From Glaucostegus cemiculus (taxonomy: Eukaryota), in NCBI GenBank assembly GCA_976551045.1, contig CDPCPM010000263.1, positions 4,092,001-4,156,000 of the forward strand: 64,000 nucleotides of DNA, written 5' to 3'. Positions 38,089 to 51,664 of the stretch are shown one piece after another. Numbering within the stretch: the first letter of the stretch is position 1; every line of letters starts with the position of its first letter. A program made the position numbers and the translations under genes. The notes below the pieces were generated by a model, which did no database searches, was not told where the DNA came from, and saw only the letters and a list, made by a program, of their open reading frames with translations.

Positions 38089-38738
38089 AATTTGAAAGCA
38101 AGGGTGTGAATCTTAACATCAAGGCATGAATGAAGCAGGAGCCAGTGTTGTCTCAATGTAAAACAAGTTCCGGCAGATGAAGGAGGTTTCCGGCTGATAG
38201 GGACTTTATTGTGTTTATTGTTATTGTTTCATGTGCTATGGCAGGTATGTGACATCTCAGCCTCCTCAAGAGACTGAAATAGTTTGACTACTGCAAAGCC
38301 TGTGGTGGTGTACAGTTCTGGCCATAAATCAACAGTGCCTATCCCACAGGATTGTGGGTCATTTGTTTGAGTTAACAATGCAAACTGTTTTTGATAAGGC
38401 TTGTCTCTGTTTAGATTGTTCACGGAAACTGTTTTGGATGGAAATTTACCATCAGCTTGATCTACAGACTTTGCTAAATTACCTTTTGAGGGTGGAGCTT
38501 GATTTGTATCACTGCTTCAATTCAGTCATTTCCCAAGGATAGTCTAGTGATCACATTGCATTGTTTCAGGCAGGTAGTTCAAGACCTTCCAAGTGAACCA
38601 GTACTTGGTTCAAAATAAATTGATAATGGTACTGTTAACAAAATCAACCAGACCTCTGCTGATAACCAAACCTGCACGGGTAGGTTATTAGAAATAATCT
38701 GGATGGTATTTTTGCTTTTGTGCACTCCCATATCACTC

Positions 38739-38892
38739 NNNNNNNNNNNNNNNNNNNNNNNNNNNNNNNNNNNNNNNNNNNNNNNNNNNNNNNNNNNNNN
38801 NNNNNNNNNNNNNNNNNNNNNNNNNNNNNNNNNNNNNNNNNNNNNNNNNNNNNNNNNNNNNNNNNNNNNNNNNNNNNNNNNNNNNNNNNNNN
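38739..38892. other. Assembly gap (154 N)
   Basis: Run of N. Confidence 1.
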
Positions 38893-40224
38893 CTGTTACA
38901 TCAGTACAGTACAGAATCTAGGGGCATGGAACAGGATTCAGCTTGTATTAGATTAGGACCTGATGGTTTTCTCAATGCAGCCTGTAACTGCTTCTTAATG
39001 CATCTGTGCGTTTTGCCTCCACTGTTCCATTTTGAAGAGATTTCGAAGTACTTATCACTTCAAGTGAAGATGGGCTTCTAAAACTGCCTTTCAGTTTGAT
39101 CCCACTACCCTGCAGAATTTAAAGAAAAGGCATATTTCTAATTCCTTCTTTCCATGTCACTATCAATTTCCACACCTCCTTATGTTCACTTCCCCCATGC
39201 CTCTTGTCCAATTGCCCTTGACTTTCCCTGAAAGCCAGATGCCAGTCACCATGGACTCGTCTCAAGGTTCTTCTCTGCTGTAGCTCCAGTGGGCGACCAC
39301 TCTCCTTATGTCTTTATGGCCAATGACGCAAATCCCCAGGAGGAAGTGAGGCCAGAACTCTGTACAGTTTGGCACACCTTCCACCCAATTTAAGCTTTGT
39401 AAGTCTAGAATCTATTGTCTTTATACTTGTGCTTAGCTTGGCGTGTTTAGCACAGCTTGCAAGACAACTGGGCCTCTTTTCACTTTATCCTAGATCATTT
39501 TCCACTTGGCTATTTTGCTACCATTCGTGACCATTTCTTTCTCCCAGCCAATGTTTGCCTACACCTGCATTTAGTTTAATCTACTATTCATTCATCCACT
39601 TACATATCTTGGCCAGTTTATCATTTTCGAGCTCTTTTCTTTGCCTTGCTTAGTTTGGTCTCTTTACAAAGTCTGAACACTTCGCATTGAGCTTTTGAGT
39701 CCAGACCCAGAGTATCAATGGAAAACAATAATGTTTCCACTACCTGAGTCTTGGGTTCCCTGTTCAGACTTTCTAACCCCCACTCTTCACTCCCTAACTC
39801 TTATCATAAGTACTTATTTCTCTATAGCCTTCAACTTGCTACTTTTATTCCATCCCTATAACCCATGCCACAAACATTTCTTGTGCTGATCTTCTCATTT
39901 AATGCATATTTTGCAACCCCCAACTCCCAGCTCTTGGAACCAGTGAGTTAGAAACCCTCACCATCAGTGCACCAGCTTCATTTCACACACAATTTCTCTC
40001 CAACACCTCAGCAATGAAACATTTCTCCATTATATTAAACTTTGCCCAGTTTTACACCTCCTGTTGCTCATACCTTCCCCACCCCCTCAGCTACCCCCAG
40101 CCACTCTCAACCCATTTTGTTTTGAGCATGCGATGTTTATTGTGATGGAGCAGAACGTAGTTGACATCCCACAGCCCAGTTGGTGGTGAGAGTGCTATCT
40201 GTTTCCCTTATAATTTGCACCATG

Positions 40225-40480
40225 TTCAGCAGCTAGTCAAGCTACTATGTCACAGGTCCCACGACCCAGGTTCAATCCTGACCTCTGCCTGTGTGGAGTT
40301 TGCATGTTCTCTCTGTAACCACCTGGGCTTCCTCCCAGTGTTCTGGTTTCCTCCCAGATGCCAAGGACTGGCAGGTTGGTGGGTTAATTGGACACTGTAA
40401 ATTGCTCCAGTGTGTAGGTGAGTGGTAGAATCTGAGGAGAGGGCCTGTCTCCGTCCTGTATGGCCCTATGAAACTATGAC
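40225..40480 (+). mobile_element. V-domain SINE
   Basis: GACCCAGGTTCAATCCTGACC, V-domain, GAAGGGCCTG-like tail. Confidence 0.75.
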
Positions 40481-40674
40481 TCAATTTCACATTATGCCTA
40501 TTGTATTATGTCTAATTTGATTGAGAGCATTGATAAGCAGGAATCTGCAGTTCACATGTATTTGGATTAAATTGCATTGTATTATGTAAATCAGAGGATG
40601 TGACAGTGTGATAATTTCACAAGCTGAAGTCTGACTTTCTAGTCAATAGTGTAACACAATCAACATTACAGAGA

Positions 40675-41000
40675 CATATAGCATGGAAAATGGCCCTTCA
40701 GCCCACAGAGTCTGTGTCAACAATCAAGCACCCATTTACATTAATCCTATTTTGTTCTAGAACATTCCCATCCACTCCTCCCCCCTCCCCAGCATCACCC
40801 ATCCCAACCACTCAACTCCACACGCTATGGGCAATTTTCAGAGCCCAGTTAAGCTACCAATGCACACACCTTTGGGATGTGGGAGCAAGCCGAGCCCCTG
40901 AAGGAAATTCATGCAGTCACAGTGAGAAAACTCCACACAGACAGCACCAGAGATTGGAATTAACCCCATTTGGCTGGACCTGTGAGGCAGCAGTTCTAAG
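40675..41000 (-). mobile_element. V-domain SINE
   Basis: GGCCCTTCAGCCCAC tail, TTTGGGATGTGGGAG, GGAATTAACCC, CTGTGAGGCAGCAG. Confidence 0.7.
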
Positions 41001-41044
41001 GGTAAAAATCCAAATGTTTTTCTGCAATATAAAGTTATGACAGG

Positions 41045-41395
41045 CACAGATGGAGTAGACAACCGGTATCTCTCACCATAGGGTCAAAATGTGTAATATT
41101 AGAGGGCACGAACTTAAGGTGAGAGGGGGAAAGTTCAAAGAGATGTGCAGGGCAAGTTTTTTTTTACATAGAGAGTGGTGGGTGCCTGGAATGCGCTGCC
41201 AGGGGCGGTGATGGAGGCAGATACAATAGAGATGTTTAAGAGGCTCTTAGACAGGCACATGAATATGTGGAGAATGGAGGGATATGGATCATGTGTAGGC
41301 AGAAGGGATTGGGTGTCATTAGCTTAATTAGCTCAGCATTGTGGGCTGAAGGGCCTGTTCCTGTGCCGTACTGTTCTATGTTCTACATTCTATGT
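41045..41395 (+). mobile_element. CR1 3' end
   Basis: AAGGTGAGAGGGGGAAAGTTCAAAG..GTGCCTGGAATGCGCTGCCAG; (TGTTCTA)n tail. Confidence 0.85.
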
Positions 41396-41480
41396 TAAAT
41401 AAGTGAGTAGAAACCAGTCAAAGTGGAAGGACCTCAGACTTGTATTCAGGTTTGAGTTTGGCAGGTGGAGTTGTGGCTTT

Positions 41481-41712
41481 AGAACATAGAACGTAGAACC
41501 ATACAGCACAGTACGGGCCCTTCAGCCCACAATGTTGTGCCAACCTACCCCACAATCAATCTAACCCTTCCCTCCTACACAGCCCATAAGTCTCAATTTT
41601 TCTTACATCCATGTGCCTACCAAAGAGTCTTTTAAATGTCCCTCTTGGATCAGTCTCTACCACCACCCCCAGCAGTGCGTTCCAGGCACCCTCCACTCTC
41701 TGTGTAAAATAT
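41481..41712 (-). mobile_element. CR1 3' end
   Basis: (AGAACAT)n tail; minus translation YFTQRVEGAWNALLGVVVE. Confidence 0.85.
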
Positions 41713-41928
41713 CTACCAGTGACAACCACATCCTGCAAAATAACTAATTGAATAAAAGTCTAATATGGGACAAAATGGAATAAAAAGTAGTGCTTTTGAA
41801 GGGAGAGAGATTGGGAGGGACGACGTTGGAGACATCAATGAAGATGGCAGGTGGATCGACAAGCTTCCTGTTACTGCATTGTGAGGACTAAAGGTGAAAA
41901 AAAAGTGTCTGATGAAGATGTGAACAAG

Positions 41929-42227
41929 AAAGATAAGATTTCTTTATTAGTCACATGTACATCAAAACACACAGTGAAATGCACCTTTTGCGTAGTGTGC
42001 TGGGAGCAGCCCGCAAGTGTCGCCATGCTTCCGGCGCCAACATAGTATGCCCACAATTTCCTAACCTATACGTCTTTGGAATGTGGGAGGAAAGCGGAGC
42101 ACCCAGAGGAAACCCACACAGACACGGGGAGAATGTACAAACTCCTTACAGACAGTGGCCAGAATTGAACACGGGTCACTGGTGCTGTAATAGCGTCACG
42201 CTAACTGCCACACTACCGTGCCTGCCC
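41929..42227 (-). mobile_element. Full-length SINE family A
   Basis: AAGATAAGAT tail, V-domain, tRNA head ending CCGTGCCTGCCC. Confidence 0.88.
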
Positions 42228-42689
42228 TTGGGAAGGTTTTGCTTGGTTTGATGTATTGATTGGATAGGTACATGGAGGTAAATGAGATTGAAGGCTATGG
42301 GTAAGCCGAATAGTGTAGGGACATGTTTGGCACAGCTTTGTGGGCCGAAGGGCCTGAATTGTGCTGTAGATATCTATGTTCTATGTTCTATGTGATTTAG
42401 AAAATGGAATCTGTGACAATATGGCAGTAAACAGCATGAGATAAAACATATTTGCCTGGATATTAGACATGGCATTTTTTAAAACATTGGACATATTTAA
42501 AATGTGCCATTTGTGCAGGTGATGTTTCCATTGTTGTATTCCTTTACCAGCATTTATAAGTCGTGGCATTGTGCTTGAAATGCCAAGCATTGCCTTATGT
42601 GGAAAATAACCCTCTTAAACAGCACTATCATTCCAATATAAAACACATGGATTATAGCCCTTAAAAGGGTCTCTCCAGCATCACCCATC

Positions 42690-44280
42690 ACACTGCAGAA
42701 AGTGGCTTGTTTGACAATGCAATACAGGAAGGAGACGGAGAGCAGGGATTGTGCCCTGACGTTCCAGTAGAGGGATGTGGAATTCCTGGGGGAAGCAGCT
42801 GAAGAGAGAAGGGACCTGGTTTTTGTAGGGGTGGTCAGCTTGGTGAGCCATCTCCTGGAGGGCTTGGGACACAGCGGCCAGCGAACTGCCAGCTCACTCT
42901 GCAACTCCTGGGAACCTAGGTCAGTGCCACAGGAAAAATTCACGACTTGAATTGGGTACAACAAGGTCAGACTCACACCCAAACATCTCTCCTCTGCACA
43001 GAGTGGCTGTTTTAGGTATGCAAATGATGTGGTGCGCCCAACAATGCTGACGGAGTGGAATTCAGACCTTATTGCTGGGATGTTGGCCCAGGTGAGGATG
43101 CTGATGGCAGTTTGCTTATTCTCAAAGGCCAGTGTTTTGAGGGTCCTGCTAAGTCTCAGGAGCATACAGGAGGGCTGGGATCTCCACTCCCTGTTGACCA
43201 GGAATGTTTTGCTGGGTTTGAGCTCTTGATCTTCAAGCACTGTTCTCCTCGGATGGCCAAAGGCTATGTTGGCAAACCTGAGAGGAGGTTCCCTCCATGG
43301 TCCACATCTTCCAGGGTTCCCGTTGTAGACCCTTGATAGGGGTTGGTATTGTACTATAGCAGGGGCAGCTCGGTAAAGACCTTTGGTTTATGGACGTTAG
43401 TTGAAAGTCCCATCGTCTGAGAGCCTCGGTGAATGCGGCAACAGTGCTTTGGGGTTCTGCCTTTGAATGCATGCCTGTGTGGGTGTTGTCTGCCTTCCAC
43501 AGCTCGACAGCGGAGGCTTGGCGGACCTTGGTTCTGGATTACAGTCACTGTAGCTTGAGGAGTTCCCCGTTTTCAGTGAACTCCACTCCAGTGGAAGCCT
43601 GCTGGAGGCAAGGTGAGGCATAGAAGCGAGGAGGATTGACGAAGGTGTCGGGAAGGTGACACTGCCTGCTTAACAGCAGCCTGAACTGAAATTGGATCGA
43701 TTGTAGATCTGTTGCTTAGGAATATGGCTGGCATGCCATCCTGAAGCAAATGTAGGATGGAGACCAATATCTGCTGGCAGCCAAATCTGAGGAGAATTCT
43801 CCAGTCTGTCTCGATTGACCAGGGGGATCGAACAAGATTATGTACAGTGGCCAATACTGTTCCCTGCCTGTCTCTTGGAGTTGACCAGTGGTGAAAATCG
43901 TGGCTATGTTGCATCCTGAAGGACGGAATCCTCACTGTGATTCAGTGAGCCGCTCATTGGCTGTGGGAGAAAGTAACTGATTAGGACCCCACCATGTCTT
44001 TACCTGTTGCAGGCAGCAGGGAGTCACCTATGTGGTTACTGCAGTCGGATCTGTCTCGTTTCTTGAAGATGACCATGACTGCAATATTTCTGAGCTCCCC
44101 TGGCCTTCCCCCCTCCCAGTGTGTGAGATGAGGTTGTGATCATGTGACGGAGTTTCCTCAGTGCTGTGTTCCAGAATCGTCCCGGGCACTTTTTTTGTTT
44201 TTCAGTTGGACGTATGTCCTATTCAGCTTCTGATTGGTCAGCAGTGGCAGTTAGTCTGGACTGAATAATTCACTGTGGGA
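42690..44280 (-). mobile_element. RTE-clade LINE RT region, decayed
   Basis: Minus peptides VMVIFKKRDRSDCSNHIGDSLLPATGK, WRILLRFGC..VSILHLLQDGM, ISVQAAVKQ, HSKAEPQSTVAAF, WANIPAI match RTE RT motifs. Confidence 0.8.
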
Positions 44281-44594
44281 TGGAGTAAATGTGAGTATTC
44301 TTTTGTGTATGTCTGCGCATTTAAGTTTCTGCACTGTAAGTAATAAATTAGGTTTGATTGGAAAATTCACTGTTCCGGCACGTTTCCACGTGAAAAGTGC
44401 CAGAACATTTCGTGAGCTCATCTGTAGACGGTGTCCATCTGTAGATGCCTTGTACCTTACTGGAGCCCTAAATTAACAAATGCATATTTGGAAAGAAGCA
44501 CAAGAGGAATCAAAGAAATTATTTTTCGAAAAGTTTTTGTAGAAGTGGTAGGTAGAGCTTTGAGTTGAGATCTAGAAGTTAGGAGTGGCCCTTT

Positions 44595-44918
44595 ATAAAG
44601 TGATAAAGCACACCATCTTTTTCCCAGGGAGGGGCTGCTAAAAACAAGAGGGCAAAGGTTTAAGATCAGACGCGAGAGATTTAAAAGGGACATCAGGGGA
44701 AGCTTCTTCACAAAAAGGGTGGTGCGTATTTGGAATGAGCTGCCAGAAATAGTGGCTGAAGTGGGCGCATTAGTAAAACTTAAAAGCCCTCCAGGTAAGT
44801 ACAAGGATAGGAGAGGTTTAGAGAGCCAAACAGGGATGGGACTAGCTCACTGGGCAACACAGTCGGCATGGACGAGTTGGGCTGAAGGGCCTGTCCCATG
44901 CTATAAACCTCTGACTCT
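44595..44918 (+). mobile_element. CR1 3' end
   Basis: GGGAAGCTTCTTCACAAAAAGGGTGGTGCGTATTTGGAATGAGCTGCCAG; GGGCTGAAGGGCCTG. Confidence 0.8.
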
Positions 44919-45194
44919 TAAGCGCTGTTTCTGGGCAAACATTGTAACTAAAACCTGCTTCTGCCAAGAGTGATGTACAGGGTGGCAAAACGTGTTCCAA
45001 TGCCCCTGCTTCAGATAGGGAGCATTGCAAGTGAAGTCATCAGACCTACAACAAACCAAATCGAGATATTTATTGGCGTGAGCACCAAGCACACTGGGTA
45101 CTTTGGAATCCAGCGCCCAGTGCAGCGCTAATCCTTTCAGAGTACCCTGCAGCTGCCATTTTGTCACTTAGTGGTCCACATTCAGCCACAGCTA

Positions 45195-45450
45195 TTCCAC
45201 TTCCCTCACTTCTGCTCTCCTTCCAGCCAGAGCAAGGTCAAGTTTCCCCTTGACCTCGCCTTCACCCACCAGCCTCCACATTGAATGAATCATCCTCTGT
45301 AATTTCCACTAGATTCAACAAGTTACCACAACCCGTCACATCTTTCCCCTCCCCTTTCAGTGTTCTGAAGGGACCATTCCCTTCCTAGCTTTGTTCTTCC
45401 ACCTCAATAGTCCGGCTCTCCTTCTCATGGCACTTTCCACTTCTACTGCT
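45195..45450 (+). mobile_element. Penelope-like ORF fragment (RT-to-GIY-YIG linker)
   Basis: Homologous to reverse complement of 62480-62595 (CACATCTTTCCC..AGGGACCA; T.HIFP.P.LS.FRRDHSL). Confidence 0.55.
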
Positions 45451-45524
45451 GGAGCATTGTGTAGATTATTAAGGAAGGTGCATTGGAAGCAGCTTAGGGG
45501 AAGTTAGCTGGACCAGTCATGGAA

Positions 45525-45970
45525 TTGGCAGGTTGTCTTATGAGGAAAGATTGGACAGGTTAAGATTATACCTGATGTAGTTCAGAAGAGTCAGAGGGAA
45601 GTTGATTGAATCACATAAGAATCTGAGGGGTCTTGACGGATGGATTGGGAGAGGGTGCTTCCTCTGGTGGGAGACACTTGATCTAATAGTCACTTCAATA
45701 GTAACAGGTCTCCTACTTAAGGCAGATATGAAGTGGCATTTTGTTTCCAGAGGTTTTGAGTCTTTGGATCTGTTTCCTCTAGGGGCTGTGGAAGTAGAGT
45801 CATCGAGTATTTTCAAAGCAGAGGTAGGTAGATACTTGATAAGCAAGTGGATCAGAAGTTCCAAGGATAGGCTGGAATGGGAGGTTGCAGTCAGATCAGC
45901 TGAGGTCTTATTAACTAGTGGGGCAGACTTGAGGTGGCTGCATGGCCCGCTCCTAATTCATTTGTTCAAG
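45525..45970 (+). mobile_element. Old CR1 3' end
   Basis: LSYEERLDRL..; GAVEVESSSIFKAEVGRYL. Confidence 0.75.
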
Positions 45971-46239
45971 TGCTCTCCTTACCTGCTGTGTTTCACTGAA
46001 GGACTTCCCAACGTGCTTCACGGGGATGTTACCAATCAATAAAAAAGTGTCACCAGTCAGCAAGAGCAGGTACTGGGGCAGGTGACCACAGGTAGGTTGT
46101 GAGGAGAGTCTAACAGGAGGAAGTAGGGGTAGTGATGCACGGAGGGAAAACCCGGAACTTGGCAGTTGAATGCGCGGCAAGCCAATAGTGGCAGTGCTTT
46201 AAGTTCTGGCATGCTCACGAGACCAGAAATGAGGTAGCA

Positions 46240-46950
46240 TTGACATCACAGTGGGTTATAGGGTTGGAGGAGATTATAGAGATGGGGAGGGAAAGGAGAG
46301 ATTTGAAAGCAACAATAAACATTTTAAAACTGAGGTGCTGTGAGTAGATTAGCAAGCAGGGTGTGGCTGGCACTGATGGATGAATGGGACTTGGACTGGG
46401 TTATGACATGGACAGCAGAGTTTAGAATGATCTCCTGTTGATGGAGAGTAGATCAAGAAAGGACAGCAAGGAGAGTCACAGCCTCTTTTCTCACCTAAGA
46501 CACACTTTTCAACCTACCTCATTAACCAAGCTGCCCCGGTATCTCCCCTTGGCATTGTTGAGGCTGGAGGTACTAAATTCACAAATAAAGGTTTCAGCAG
46601 CAGTGATCTGAGGCAGCATTAGAGGTGGAAATGGACACCTTTAGTTAGGCTGTGGATATTTTCTAAACTCAGTTCAGGAGAAAACCTGACTCAAGGAACA
46701 CCAATAGTCTCACTTGGAGAGAGACAGAGCAATTGTCTAAGAAGTGGAGCTTTTGACTGGAACCAAAGACAACAACTTTCATCTTTACAATATTAGCTGG
46801 AGGAAATTCCTGCATCACTGTGGTTAGATGCTGGATAAGTAATCTTACAATCCAGAGAGAGTGCAGGAGGCAAAAGAGGTGTTATGAGTTGAGGCTAGGT
46901 GTCGTCAGTGTACGTGAGGAAACTGACCCTGTGTTTGCAGATGACGATGC
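46240..46950 (-). mobile_element. Decayed L2 LINE fragment
   Basis: Reverse complement resembles 11665-11945; GTGTCGTCAGTGTAC near 46900 encodes YTDD (RT YADD) on minus. Confidence 0.55.
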
Positions 46951-48639
46951 TAATATCGACAGGTTTCCTTTTATCTAGCCTTTGACTTTGTCAGGGAAAA
47001 AAGTTTTCTTTTATGGGAGAGGAAGAGGGACCTCCATCAAATGTGTTTCCTTTTTATTAAAATTGTACTGCATGTTCTCAGGAAACAAGACACAATGCCT
47101 TCTATAACTATTACATGTTTGTGAATGCAAATAATGGACACCTTGGACATCTCCGTGTTCAAACGTGGATCAGTTACTGACTGAGTCAGGTGGATCCTTA
47201 CTGGGAAATTCAATCTGGAAAGGTGTCTTAAATCAGAAATGAGCATGGAATCTGAGAACTCTTACATGTTCAAGAAGACATCGATTTCAGAATTAACCTT
47301 GTTTCTCAATTATGGAGAACCCCTCATATTGAAAGGAAAAGGTAAAGTAGTAATCCTTTGCTCCACTTCAGACATGATGTGAACTAGCCTAATTTGAGAA
47401 AGTGAGTTCATTATAAGCCAGTTTTGGATAATAGTGTGATTACTGTGGGAGAGAGACACGAGTAGTAACTATTTGTGTTGTTGTTGGGCAACAAGTAACA
47501 TATTTACCAAGTTTTGACTCTTGTATTTGATGGGTTTTCTGTCAGTGCAACGTATGGTAATGTGTAAAGTGATAGTGGTTTAAATTCCCCTGGCTTCAAG
47601 GGAGAATGAACCCCTGTGTTCAGAGGAAGCTGTGGAAAGGTCTGTGACTAATAAGGGAAGGGGCTTTGGGAGGATTGGACGGGAAAGATAACAACATAAA
47701 TCACAAGCATTCAGTGCAGCAGACTGTTTAAGTGCCTGCTGATGAGTCACATGATTTGATGTACAAGAACATCCAGTGCTATTCAGATATGCACTTGGAT
47801 ATGAAGTAGAAACACACTGACAACAATATCAGATGTTGGGCCAGTACTGACACCCCCTTAATTCCGCTTCCCATGTTGATGATATATTTCTATAGCACCT
47901 GTCACAACCTTAGTATATCTTGAAACAATTTTTTTAGTTAATTAGCTATGACTTTTGAACTGACTCTTTCTTGCCCAGATCTGTAGGTATCACTTCTGTA
48001 ATTTAGAATTAAGGGGCTAAACATTCCAACAAATGATTTGAAAATGACCAAATGGGTTATTTTTATAGATTATGTAGCTCTCAAGATATTTGCTTGGTCA
48101 GTTTGTTAAATCCCTGGAATCAAAGGTGTTTAGAATTAAGGAAATTTGGGGGAGATACTTTGAGGTCTTTGGAACTATTGTCAAGGCACCAGAAGCAGAA
48201 GAGTAACCTGCAATTACACACTGATTTTAAGTTGACCATCTTATAATCTTTCTATTGGTAAAATCAGCAGTGTAGGACTGATAGAGAACATAAGGCAGTG
48301 TGTTTGAAGTGTTGACTCTGTGGCAACATTTACAGGACTGTGCAGATAAAGTACAGGCTACTTCTAGAACTGCAGGATGCCATTGCTGTATTATCAGGAT
48401 TTCAGTGTTTTCACTCTGTGCAATTTGTGCTTCCCATCCAAGGCTTATAACAGGCCAAAAGCTGCAGCTCATAGTGGCCAAGGCACCTTTTTAAGATTCC
48501 TCAATGTCATTTCAGACATTGAATTTTGTTACTTATTGTCACATTTTTTAAAATGTGTTTATTTTGTTGCAATCGTTCTAGAATCAGAATCAGATTCACA
48601 TTGTTTTTGCTCCTGCATGGATTATTTGTAACCTCCCTA

Positions 48640-49290
48640 ATCTGAAGCTTGTGCTGATACAATTGGCTTTAACCACTTCTAATTCCAGTCTTCAGCTGAA
48701 GAACTGACTCTTCTTTGTCCAATGTCACAGGTACTATGTACAGAATACCAGCTAATCAGTACATTTTCCTGCTAAACCATCAAAGAGGCCACATGGATGC
48801 CTCTTCTTTGCTGCCTGACTTAATCTTCACTCTGTCCTGAAATACTGACTCTGGCTGGAGTATGTTTATATTTGAGGCTTGCCAAGTGATGCGGTCGGGT
48901 ATAAACACTGCCAATCTGTTATCATTTTACAAGCTTCATTGCACATTTCATTCTTAAATTGCAAAAGCTTCAGTCTACATAGTCAATCTTCATCAGCATG
49001 TGCAAACAGCAGCTGGACACAGTTGAACTCTAGGCTTCTTGTCAATGTTTAATATTGGACTATTTTACCCAACCTGACTCCAATTCTGTTCTTGCAAAGG
49101 AGAATTGCCCATTTTCCAACAACATAGTGCCATGGTGATATGATGATAGTGCCATCAGAACTGATGGTGTTTCCTCTGGCCCAGAGGCATTGAAACCAAC
49201 TGTGTCATCCTGTACAATGCCATGGGCGGAATCATGAAGCATTGAGCAAAGACTGAACCTATGATCTCTGCATGGCATTGTATAACACAG
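48640..49290 (-). mobile_element. Decayed RTE-like RT fragment
   Basis: Minus peptides MLHDSAHGIVQDD and QLLFAHADE resemble RTE LHDGM.G.V and LLFADD. Confidence 0.4.
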
Positions 49291-49779
49291 TACTGTGTAA
49301 ATTAATAGCCAACAGCCATATATGGCTAATTGGTGAATAGGAAGTTATGATGATGAGTGGAGGTTGATAGGCTCTTGATTAGTAAGGGTGTCAAAGGTTA
49401 CAGGGAGAAGGCAGGAGAATGGGGTTGAGAGGGAATAATCAATCAGCCATGATTGAATGGTGGAGCAGACTTGATGGGCTGAATGGCCTGATTCTGCTCC
49501 TATATCTTATGGTCTTATCATTATTAAGCACAACCTCAAGCCATAATTCCATGGAAGATATAAATTTCCCTATATCTTTGAGTGTGCTTTAATTTGTTAG
49601 CCATCCATTGGTTATCTACTAAAATGGTGTGGAAAATTCATGAAAGGAACAAACCATGAAAGCACTCAAGGAGTGTGGAGGAGAGCTATCACTATAGTCA
49701 GCTCAACCAAATGGAGTAGTCACTATAAGCCAGCAGTGGCAAAAAGCTTGCCCACAACCACTTGGTCAAATATAAGGGG

Positions 49780-49897
49780 ATAGACACAAGAGAATGGAAT
49801 CTGGAGCAACAAACAATCTGCTGAAAGAACTTAGCAGTTTGAGCGGCATCTGTGGGAGGAAAGGAATTGTTGACATTTCAGGTCGAAACCCTGCATC
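49780..49897 (-). mobile_element. Penelope-like terminus with partial hammerhead
   Basis: Minus GATGCAGGGTTTCGACCTGAAATGTC; cut off where the adjacent CR1 begins. Confidence 0.55.
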
Positions 49898-50435
49898 GCA
49901 GGGACAGTATGCGGTTAATTCAAACGTAAGGCGCATGTAACAGTTAAAGACAGGACTGTGAACAGCACTGATGTACAGAGGAATCTTGGGATCCAAGTCC
50001 ATAGTTTCCTGAAAGTATATGGAATGCAAGTAGAGCAGGTGGTAAGGAAAGCATGTGGCATGTTTGCCTTCATTGATCGGGGCATTGGGTATAAGAGTAA
50101 GTAACTCATGTTGCAGAAGAGTTAGGCTGCACTTGGAGTATTATGTGCAATTATGGTCACCCCATTACTGGAAGGATGTGGAAGCTTTGGGAAGGGCACA
50201 GAAGAGGTTTACCAGGATGCTGCCTGGATTAGAGGGTATGACTTATAAGGAGAGGTTGGACAGACTTAGGCTGTTTTCTCTGGAACGTCAGAGGTTGAGG
50301 TGAGACCTGATAGAAGTTTGTAAGATTATGAGAGGCATAGATAAGGTAATGGGATTAACTTGAATGTACATCTTGGGCGGCATGGACACGTTTGGGCTGA
50401 AGGGCCTTTTTCCGTGCTGTACTACTCTATGACTT
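49898..50435 (+). mobile_element. CR1 RT C-terminal fragment and tail
   Basis: VRLHLEYYVQLWSPHYWKDVEALGRAQKRFTRMLPGLEGMTYKERLDRLRLFSLE. Confidence 0.9.
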
Positions 50436-51289
50436 TGACAGCCATAATTTTGATTAGTTGCCAATTATTATCAGTCAATTCTAGTTTAGTGCTGGACTGG
50501 ACAGCTACTCACTCACTTGTACTGACTAAAAATTATGAATTTGCAGATTTTTGTGTGTGTGTGAGCGAGAGAGAAACCAAATTCTACTTTACTGTCATTC
50601 AAATAAAAACTATGCAATCTTTTGAGATACCAAAACTTCCATAATTCTGCACCTTTTAATACAGACCAAGGTGCCAGGATGGAATATTTTTTAAATCTAT
50701 AATAAACAGAGGCCCTTTGATCAGTGCATATACCTGAAGGAAAATCACCTTCTAGACCAGGAAATGGTGTGTGGCTGGAGGAGTCATAAAATAAAAAGGT
50801 CTTTTTGTGGCCAGAATCATGCAGAGTGGGTAATAAAGTCTTTTTATATGAGAACATTGTGAAGACTTATTTGATGTGTTTGGCTTGAAGACAGTTTGGG
50901 CAATGCCAGGAAAAGGTTAATTTTCACTCTCCATAGACTCCTCTCTGGGTAAGTGAGACCGTCTCTGAGGTGGTGAGGTTAATTTTTAGTTAACTGTTTG
51001 GAGGACAGCCTGTCCCAGCCAGCAGCAAGGAGAAGACCCAGGTGATGTACTTCAGGCCAGACTAGTTGAAAACCAAATAGGCCAGGTAGTAGAGTGATGA
51101 GAAGAATGAGCAGTAGGAATGACAGGTGAGAGAGCTGGAGCAGCTATCCTGCAAGTTGGGAGTTCTTAGTCCTATCATTCCAAACTACTAAATAATGGGA
51201 TTCAATACATAGTTCATTACTGGATTGGATGTTGTTCATGATTTTATATATTAAAAAAATATTGGATTGCCATTGAAAACATTTAATAC

Positions 51290-51550
51290 TTGCCTTTAAA
51301 TCATGCCTTTCATGTAATCAACAGAGTACCTGTACAGTGCAGTTATAATGTAGGAAATCTGGCCCCAAAGTTGTACACAGCAATTTCCAACAAACAGCAG
51401 TGCAGCTGCAAGCAGATAATCTATAACCATGATGCTGACTGAGGGACAATTATTGGTCAGGACACCAGGGGATGTCTCTGGGTTTTGATCTTTCATTGAC
51501 AGGCAGGCAGGACCTTGGTTTAAGGGCCCATCCACATTGGCAGCACTGCC
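51290..51550 (-). mobile_element. Deu-domain SINE relic
   Basis: GAGGGACAATTATTGGTCAGGACACCAGGG and CCTTGGTTTAA resemble the Deu-domain reverse complement. Confidence 0.5.
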
Positions 51551-51664
51551 AACCAAGCAAAATCCTCTTGATACCATGGTATCCTCTCGATGGTATCCAT
51601 GGTATCCTCTCGATACCATGGACATCTGTAGCGACTGCATTTATTGTTCATCTGTAATTGGTTT

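Noticed and set aside
38703-38956. ORFs spanning X residues
   Set aside because: Artefacts of the N gap.
42554-43240. Longest ORF (228 aa) as a host gene
   Set aside because: Lies within a decayed RTE LINE; only patches resemble RTE protein.
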